Assembly: GCF_009914755.1 (NCBI RefSeq)
Contig: NC_060929.1
DNA length: 64,000 nucleotides
Direction: 5' to 3' (one strand)
Source of the DNA: the human T2T-CHM13v2.0 reference genome, Homo sapiens
The notes below the pieces were generated by a model that did no database searches, was not told the origin of the DNA, and worked only from the letters and a program-made list of their open reading frames with translations. Shown in pieces: positions 55,213 to 64,000 of the stretch. A program made the position numbers and the translations under genes. Within the stretch, counting starts at the first letter, position 1; every line of letters starts with the position of its first letter.

Positions 55213-56784
55213 TTCCAGGGTTTTCTCAGAGAAGGGGACGATGTAGGTGATTATAAAATTCACACACACACAGACATTTGCTCACACGATTGTATATTGA
55301 GAATACATTTGTTATTGTGTGTGCAAAGCCAGATGCAGAATATTAGCTGATATATATTCTTTTGTTATCATGCACCAAAATCCTAAAGAATTATAAATCT
55401 TTATCTCCCTCAACATACCTCCCTAATGAGAGAAAAGTAGAACAAGTTGTACTAAAATGTTTTAAATATGTATATTTATCTTCCCAAATTTAAACATCCA
55501 AGTACATAGATATAGATACATTGATACATAAGTCCAGTGTACCTCTCCTGGCAATAGGGAAATCTCCCCACTTTGAAATGTCTTCATCTCCCCCTTTCCC
55601 TTGAGGCCTCTGAAGTTCTTTGACGCAGCTCCCCATCTGATGGGGGAGTAGGAGAAGGGGGATAGGTTTGGATTCCACTGTGTAGCAACAGAGGTTAAGC
55701 AAGGGCCACTCTGTGGTTTCGCCTCCATGTGGTATGATTTCAAGACAATAAAAATCCTACACACTGACAAGATTCATTGCCTTCGGCCTCTCTATATGTT
55801 CTGGGTTTTGTTCGTGCCAGATCTGAGGACAGAGAGAGTGTGAAAAAGGTAAAAAAAATCTTAGGCCACCACACTCAGAGGTGTAATTATGTATTTAATT
55901 TCTGCCCTTTTCACTTGTTTGTGAGTTCATGAAAGGAAAGATCATATCTGGTTCACCATTGTACCCTGCAGCTGTGTGAGAGATTGGCAGATAGCAGGTC
56001 CTCGATGAATAATTGCTGACTGAGTAAATGGAGGAATAATTGAGACCAAAAGAATTCCAATTTAAAAAAGGAAGTGCCATATTGAATACTACCAGTGCAT
56101 TATGTAATAATTCAAACACAATTCATGCTGTTCAATATATGAATTGGTACATAACTGCATTTCCACCTTTCTGGTAATATGTCATCACTTTGATGATCTT
56201 TTTATACAAATCTAATTTGTATTATAGTTTCGGTACATATTTAAAAATTTGGTTCATTTTTGTGTCTAGTAAATATGCATAACTTCGTTTCTCTATTTTT
56301 TCTTTTTGTATTTCTGAAAAAATAAGTTTTCTGACTCATTTGTGTGGTCATTTTTGCTACATTCTTTAATCCAAATTTGTGTTATATATTCCTTTGGTCT
56401 TCCAGTGACACATTATACTTTTAAATATTGTTATGTGGTTGAATTAGATTAAGAAACTCTAGGTTAAATATATTATGGCACATTAAGTGAGCAAATATGC
56501 AATAGTCATTAATTTTGTTAACTTATGGCCATGTAATGACATAGAAAAATGTTCATTACCTCAAATTAAATGAAAAAAGAAAAATGAAAGAACAGCATCT
56601 AGAATATAATAGTATTTCTATAAATAAATATATTCTTATGGAGAATTAAATGACTATAAAAATATACAGCAAAATTCTAAAAGTAATAGTTTTTAATTTT
56701 CATCATTTTATCAATCTTATCTGTAAGTCATCTGTATCACTTTTCAATAATAAAGAGAAAAATCAAACTATTAATTTAAAATTT

Positions 56785-57107
<323 letters not shown>

Positions 57108-57458
57108 TTATAGTTCATTCCACCATGCTAAAAGTAATAAAACCTCATAATTAGTCATTTAAAATAAATGACATACCTATATGACATAAGGCAGTTAAAA
57201 AAGTTGAGTAAAAGGAGATTATCAAAATCACCATATTAAAAATGGAGAATGCTCTGCAATCCATTGCCAATACTGCATAATTTGTCCACTGACAATGCAG
57301 ATTTAAAAAATAAAAATATATTGGCAAAATATGGGCAGATTTCTCTCTACAGGCGTTCCTGTATGCAAAGAATTAGGTGGCTTCTCTTAGATTAAGTATA
57401 TTGAAGAGCTGTTGTCACCTAAGGAGATACATAACAAATTAGGTTATTTCTGAAAATG

Positions 57459-57461
<3 letters not shown>

Positions 57462-57492
<31 letters not shown>
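57462..57492. repeat. (AC)15 microsatellite
   Basis: Pure AC run. Confidence 0.95.
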
Positions 57493-57494
<2 letters not shown>

Positions 57495-57919
57495 TGATTT
57501 AAAAAGAAAAAGCCCTATAGGAGAAGTGGGCAGAATGACAAGGGAACCAGGCTTTCTGCCAGCATTTCCTAGACAGGAAAAATACCTCTTGAAATATTCA
57601 TGAAACACTTTTTATCCAAGCAATTGGAAAAGATTATAATACATGTTTTAGAACAAGAGTCTTTCAAAATGAACCTTTACTCCACAGAATGAGGATCAGC
57701 AACTTGCAAAACATTCCAAAGATAACACATGCTTTGATTTTCTTGGGCTGTCTGCTGCTACCGTGTTTTCTCACTTAAGCAGACCCCAAGACACCTACCA
57801 TGGCTGTCATCCAGTACAACCACTGGCTTGCAGTCATTCCTCTTATCCCCAAGCTCCCAGTAATCATTCATCAATATTTTGTCAGCACTTCTGTGCCTGA
57901 TCCACAAGGATGAATGAAG

Positions 57920-58180
57920 CCCTTGACACATCTCCCTGGAAAAGTCTCATCCCTAGACCGTGGCACCTTTCCTTTGTAATACTGAACACAATTACAACTT
58001 TACATAAACGTGTCTAATTGTTGATGTAATGTTTATCTTTCCCTCTAGACTATAAACTCCATGAGGGGCAGTGTTGTGCCCAATTTTGTTTATCATTATG
58101 TAATGATATCCTTCATAGGGCTCAACCTACAGGAGTCACTCCATAAGTGTTTGTTGAATAGTTAAATAAATAAATCATTC
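57920..58180 (+). mobile_element. L2 3' end
   Basis: ctagactataaactccatgagggg...ataagtgtttgttgaat. Confidence 0.7.
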
Positions 58181-58561
58181 TGAATGAAGGGGGAAAATGT
58201 GGCCCCCCAAGGAGTGCCAGAGTAAATTATATTTATGATATTTGTAACTGTCAAGAATGAGAGACCACCAAAAGAAATTATCACGTTTTTATGAAATTAT
58301 CTGAGCAGTGAATATTTTTTATCATACAAGACAAATTATGAGAATATATAGCAAGGTTATGAGAGGATTCTAATAAAAGGCATTAGGGCTTTGAAGTGAG
58401 CAAGGATGAAGTAATGCATCTGGGGGGAAAATTCTAAATTTTATAAATAATGGACTGCAAATTATTGATTAAGTCCAGGAAAGAAACTATGTGTTAAGAA
58501 CTGTTTTATAAAGATGAGAGGGCCATAGTATATGACTACCAATCAGGTCAAAGGAGGCTGG

Positions 58562-58619
58562 ACTAATAGATGAATTATACTTCCTTAAATACTAATAGAT
58601 GAATTATACTTCCTTAAAT
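58562..58619. repeat. Perfect 29-bp tandem duplication
   Basis: actaatagatgaattatacttccttaaat x2. Confidence 0.95.
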
Positions 58620-59540
58620 ATAAGAGCTATCAACAAATGTCAAACTATCAAAGATATCATCAACAAATGAAATGCAATATATAAAATGGGAAAATATATT
58701 TGTAGTACATGTAATTGACAACAGACTCATAGCCAAGAGTACATATATAACTCCTATAAATCAATAAAGAAAATGCAGAAAATACAATTAAAAACTGAGA
58801 TAAGACCCGAACAGGTAGTTCACAAACACACACAAAGCTCTCCCTATAATAGATAAGCATCGGCTATCTAGGGGGAGCTTTTAGAATGGATAAAGTTGAA
58901 AAGATTGACAATGCCAAATGTTGACAAGTATGCAGAGCAACTGGCATTCTTATACCTTTTTTTGGAAACGTATCTGAACCTAGTCATACCCCATGACTCA
59001 GCAATTCTACTTCAAGGTATACACCCAACAAAAATGAGTACACGTGTACAACAAAATGCAGATACAATAAACTTTATGGTAGCTTTGTTTGTATTAGCCC
59101 TAAACTAAAAATAACCCAAAAGTCTATAAACAGAATGGATATATAAACCATGTTATAGTCATACAATGAAATACTATGCAGCCATGTAAAAGAAGTTTCT
59201 GCTACATGTAATAATATGGAGGAATTTCGAAAGCATAACATAGATCAAAGGAGCTAGACACAAAGAGTACATGCTACATTAGTCCATTCATGCCAAGCTA
59301 AGAAACAGTTGAAAATAACCTCTGTCTTCTGTGTTAGAAATTAGGGTAGTTGTTCCCTGTATGGGGTAGTGTCTGGAGAAAAGGATAAGAAGAAGCTTCT
59401 GATGTTTTATTGGTGTTTTTTCCTTGATTTGGATGGTGGTTACACAAGGATGTTCACTTTATGAAAATCAATTGAGCTGCACACTCATGATGCTACAGCT
59501 TTCTGTGGATTTATTATAGTTCATTAAAATGTTTATATTA
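58620..59540 (+). mobile_element. L1ME 3' region
   Basis: catgactcagcaattctacttcaaggtatacacccaac...atacaatgaaatactatgcagcc...ttcactttatgaaaatcaattgagctgcacac. Confidence 0.8.
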
Positions 59541-62500
59541 ACAAATAATATGCTAGACTGTATCACAGATGCCATAAGGTAGTGCTTCTCCAGCTATGCT
59601 TCAAAAATAAGCTGCAAGACAGAAAAGAACAAACAAGTTGGGAAAATTGTCTTACTAAAAATCCTGTGGCTTATTCAAATCATCTTTTTTCACACTCACT
59701 TTATCACAGATCCTTAATAACAACTATTTACATTTCTCAGAGTTATTGTTCTCTGAAATACACTTAGGAAATCGTGACTATAAATACACCAGAATTTGCA
59801 AGGTTTCTACAAGAATGGGCAGGCTAGAAACTAGGACCGAAGACTTCAGTGAAACTAGCAGTCAGGAGAGAGCAGCCAGCTGAGTAATTTAAATGCCAAA
59901 ACTCAAAATATAACAGGGACAGTGCAGCTTATCAGGTGTGACTGCAAGCAGCTCAAGTAGCAGAGAATTAGAAAAATGGAGCAAAAAAAAAATTACTTCA
60001 TTTGAAAATTCCTCTGGATCATTAGGCAAGGCTAAAGGCTATGGCCAATATTTTCACCAACAAGAAACTTAAACATTGAAGCAGTGCCCATTACTCCATG
60101 CCAGTTTGTCTTTGAATTCTTTGATGAACTTCAATAAATCCACAGTCCACTGGAACCCTAACAGAGATGATAAACCAAGACCTGCAAATAAAAATCACAA
60201 AACCCTATGATGAATCAGGGCCTGTAAATATCAGAATGACAGTTATTCCTTTATTTATTTTTCAATTGACAAGTAGTCATTGAATGCCTACTCTGTGCCA
60301 GACATGGAGTGTGCAGTAATAAGCCAGAAAACTTGGTTCCTTGTCTTTATAGAGTTTTGCAGCAGTAATGCATATTAACAGAATAATTGCAAATATACAT
60401 TAGCAAAAAGAAATCCTGGATGCTATGGAAGCCTCGAGTAGTTACTGATGTCTAATTTGTTGTCAGGATAAAAGTGGGACAAATAATTGTATTATACTAT
60501 GCATTGCAGAAATTTCAGAGAATAACACAAATTATACAATGAAATAAAAGCTAAGCTTTTAGGACCTTGGGAATACATTTCTATGTGATTAGTGACTGTT
60601 CTGTATTTCAAAGCGATGTTGCTCTGCACTAAAGGATTTGGTTTTTTGTATGCTAACACATATTTTTACCTTGGGGTCAAGAGAAAGAAAAATCTGCATT
60701 AAATTATTGAAAAAGTGAGGAGTGTGTATGGGTACTCTTAATCCCAGATAACAACGTCTGTGCTGGCCTCTTTCAGATCAGAAGCAGCACCAAGGAGGAC
60801 AGGGGTTTTGTAGATGACACGGGATACACACTGAAGTAAGAAGGGACAGAAAATGGCCTAGCTGGTGCATAACAGGTTTGGGGGAGCCTTGGAACATGAG
60901 TTAGAATACTCTAGCTCCAGTGTCCCAGTAAGCGTCAGAAGAAGATGTTCTTCTGAGACAGCTTCTCTGGTCTGTGTCTCTTGGCTTTTTCTATCCTGCT
61001 CCTACTGTGTTAGTTGCTATGACTTTCACTCTCCACCTCGTGGCATTTACTCCCTCATTGCTATTTTCTCATGTCTTCTACTTACTACTTTCTATCTGCT
61101 TCTCATTCATTTTCCATTCCGCTCTACCCTATCATCAGATCCCTTCTTCTTTGTGTTTCACATTCAAACATACCAAGAAAGAATTGTACTGGGACAGTTC
61201 TTCACTCTCCAGAAGAAAATTTACCTGTTGACCAAGTTCTCCAGCCAGATTACCTCTCTGATGCTAGTTCAGTTCAGCCCAAACAAATAGGAGGAGGGGA
61301 ACTGTTGCCCAAGGACAATGCATGGTGGTGCCTGCTGGAGGAAGTACTAGTGTTAGGCTCTGCCTTCAGAAGGGAGTAGCAGTGTGGCACACAATCAGAG
61401 CATTCAGGCTTGCCCAGGAAAATGCCATTGTTCACCAATTAGGTAATAAAAACCTGATTTCTGTTACTATAGCCATTGGTCTGGAGAGACCTGAGTCAGG
61501 ACTCAGCAGGGATGAATTGCAAATAAACATGGCAATCAGCCTGTGTGACCCCTTTAGAGTGACTTTACCTTTCGCCTTGGGGAAAATGAGGCTGCTTAGC
61601 AAAACAACGTAACTGACAATCTCTGGATTAAATGGGTAAATGTGTTAAGTCTATTATGTAAATCTATTTACTGTAACTTCTATGATAAAATATGTAATCC
61701 GTAAGAAAATCACAAAAGGTCATAAAATGAGTAGAGGCAACGTATGCTTAGAAATGACTTGGATGTAGCAGTTTTAGGAAAATATGAAGGCCTCCCACTG
61801 CAATGAATAGTACAGAAGTATGGAATTCTTGGAAGTAGCAAAATTTGTACATATAGGTAAATTCAATAAATTTCCAAGTTAGCTTGAGGAATTAGGATAA
61901 GAGCTAGAACTATCCTAACCTGTTCATGAAATTTTATTTATTTTTTGAAAAGGTGACTTATAAGTTGGTTGTAATGAACAGAGAAGTAGATGGATGAAAA
62001 TGAAAAAAACTGGCTCATTCTCCATCCCTTGTCCTAAAACAGGATAGACTCCTTGTCCTGGCATTCTTCATGGTGGAGGTGGCTGGCATTAGAGTCTGTG
62101 TTATAATCTTTGTTAGCCCCTAATTTCTCCAGTCTGGTCCACATCACTAATTGGTTCTTTCAATAAGAGAAGACAAGGATGCTGGGTCAGGGCTCAAATA
62201 TAATCTGAGCAAATACTTCTGTGGTTCCATAATTTGACCAGGGTTCAGGGTTTTTACAATACTCAGTTCCTGCTCCTTTCTATCGGAGTAGATCTTCACC
62301 AGTCCTTCCTCTAGAGTTTTATATTCTCAGAAACAGAAATCCTAATCTTATTGTTTCCGCTGCTTTATCTTGCTTAAGCAAAATTTTGCTTAACTAATGT
62401 TGAATGCCAAAAATACTCATGGCCAAATTATAAACCAGTAAAAAGCATATCTAAGTCCTTTTGCTCAAAAGAGCATATTAAAAACCCTCACCTACTCAGT

Positions 62501-62659
62501 ATCTTGACATGTACAAATTTAATATGACTCATCTTGCCTTTCTTCACAAGAAATGATCACATTCTTCATTAGGGAACTGCTTATACAAAGAATCAGTTAG
62601 TTAGAATTATGTGCCACAAATCCTTAAAGGGTCACCATGAGATATTGAGAAGTCTAATA

Positions 62660-62880
62660 TTATAATCCTTAGGACATGGGATCCTACTCCAGCTCTACCA
62701 ATTATAGCTCGATGCATTTAGACAAGTTATATAAATACTCTTTGCCTCTATTTTCCCAATCATAAAGTGAAAATAATAATAAGGCCAATTCTCAGGTTTA
62801 TAGCAAGTATTAATTAATAAAGGTAGAATGCTCACACCAGTGCCTATCATCTAGTAAGCACCCAGTAAGTGTTTTATGAG
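62660..62880 (+). mobile_element. MIR SINE
   Basis: tccagctctacca...gacaagttat...tgcctctattttccc...aaaataataata. Confidence 0.7.
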
Positions 62881-63559
62881 TTGGAGTACAACCTTAAAAG
62901 TATTTAAGAAATTTATTAGAGAACAAACATGACAGTTCATGAACCATCTCTGTTATCATCAGAGACAAAATAATTGATTGGACCCAAGGCCTGATATGGT
63001 ACAGTGACTCATGCACTATTAAGTTTCCAGACCAGAGGCTTAACATAATTCGAGTTGTCTATGCATTCTTGTCAAAGAAGAACCTAGCACTGTCCACCTG
63101 TCTCAGCAGCAGATACAAAAGGACCCCCTACAGGGAAGACACGATTTGGTGTTTTCAGAGGTGAATAAAGACAGCATTGCTTATATCTCCACAGAGACAT
63201 GAATTCTCCTTTTGGGCCACCCCAAAGATGAAATGACATGTACAAAGCACGTTGCATAGCTTCTCATGTACAGTAGGTGCAGAATACAATGAGGGAACCA
63301 TCATTTTCCCATTCACTTACATTTTCTGAAGTAAATGCATGAAGAGACTAAATACACATCTTGTAGCATTTTTCAAAACATGTTCTAAGAAACATTTTCC
63401 TCTAACCCCTCAACCTCCACCTCAACCCTTACCCTCACTGGCAAAGATTTCAAAGTTTACTTAGTTTGGGAAAAGTTATGTTTTCCTGTATAGGATGGAG
63501 GAGTTTACAATGCTCAGAAGCATCTTAAAAGAAAGCCTGGAGAAAGAAAGCTATTTTAA

Positions 63560-64000
63560 TCTTGCTTAGATTATCTGTTTATCTGTTGGCTTCCAGCAGC
63601 ATTCACTGCTTTGCTGGGAACTGCATTGCTGGGAACTGCATTTACCTGGCTTTCTTGCCAAAGGAAGGAACTATCGAAAACTGGAAGGTACAAAGAGAGA
63701 GGAATCCAGTATGTTCTTATTTCACTTTCAGTGGTGTCTCTTTCAGGGACTGTATCTCCACAGTGGTCTCCTCTGGTTCTGAGACCACTGGAAAACTCTT
63801 CCCTCCATGGTCCTGGCTCCCAAAAGACAGCCTCAGAAGGGGTCTACTATCTCCTTCTGAAAGCCTGTGGCTCTGGAAATACCATTTGGTGGTAGAGGCA
63901 GTTTTTGCTTTTGCCCATCTCTGGGGTGCTCCACAGGTCTGTCTGTCTCTTCAGCTCTTGTCAACTTGCGTTAACAACTTCCTAGGTTAAAATCCCTCCA
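63560..64000. mobile_element. Possible old ERVL LTR (LTR33/LTR16-like)
   Basis: gggaactgcattt...cttgcca...actggaagg...ccagtatgttctt resembles LTR33/LTR16; includes a 15-bp tandem duplication. Confidence 0.4.

Noticed and set aside
60865-61612. Overlapping ORFs of up to 141 aa
   Set aside because: No homology that I recognise; the hydrophobic bias comes from T/C-rich DNA.
63400-63440. Telomere-like C-rich hexamers
   Set aside because: Too short and degenerate to call an interstitial telomeric repeat.

Overview
Human non-coding, AT-rich genomic DNA; the species call rests on a consensus-matching AluYb8 and a Ya5-lineage Alu. I find no protein-coding exon, RNA gene or CRISPR array. The long ORFs come from transposons (L1 ORF2 reverse transcriptase, Tigger2 transposase, THE1A internal region, Alu) or are chance ORFs. 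Most of the window is layered transposable elements: Alu, L1PA/L1PB/L1M, L2, MIR, MaLR LTRs (THE1, MST, MLT1) and DNA transposons (MER1B, MER5, MER44, MER63, MER102, Tigger2), often nested with readable target-site duplications (TSDs). The most informative part is a ~6 kb block (~2.7-8.7 kb) with no recognisable transposon. It retains CpGs and carries palindromic GRHL, RFX X-box and NKX2 motifs, a CTCF-like site and a perfect 15-bp inverted repeat, so it resembles an enhancer/promoter cluster, possibly driving a spliced lncRNA. I cannot name the locus and see no convincing new biological system. Subfamily calls come from my recollection of consensus sequences, not a RepeatMasker run.
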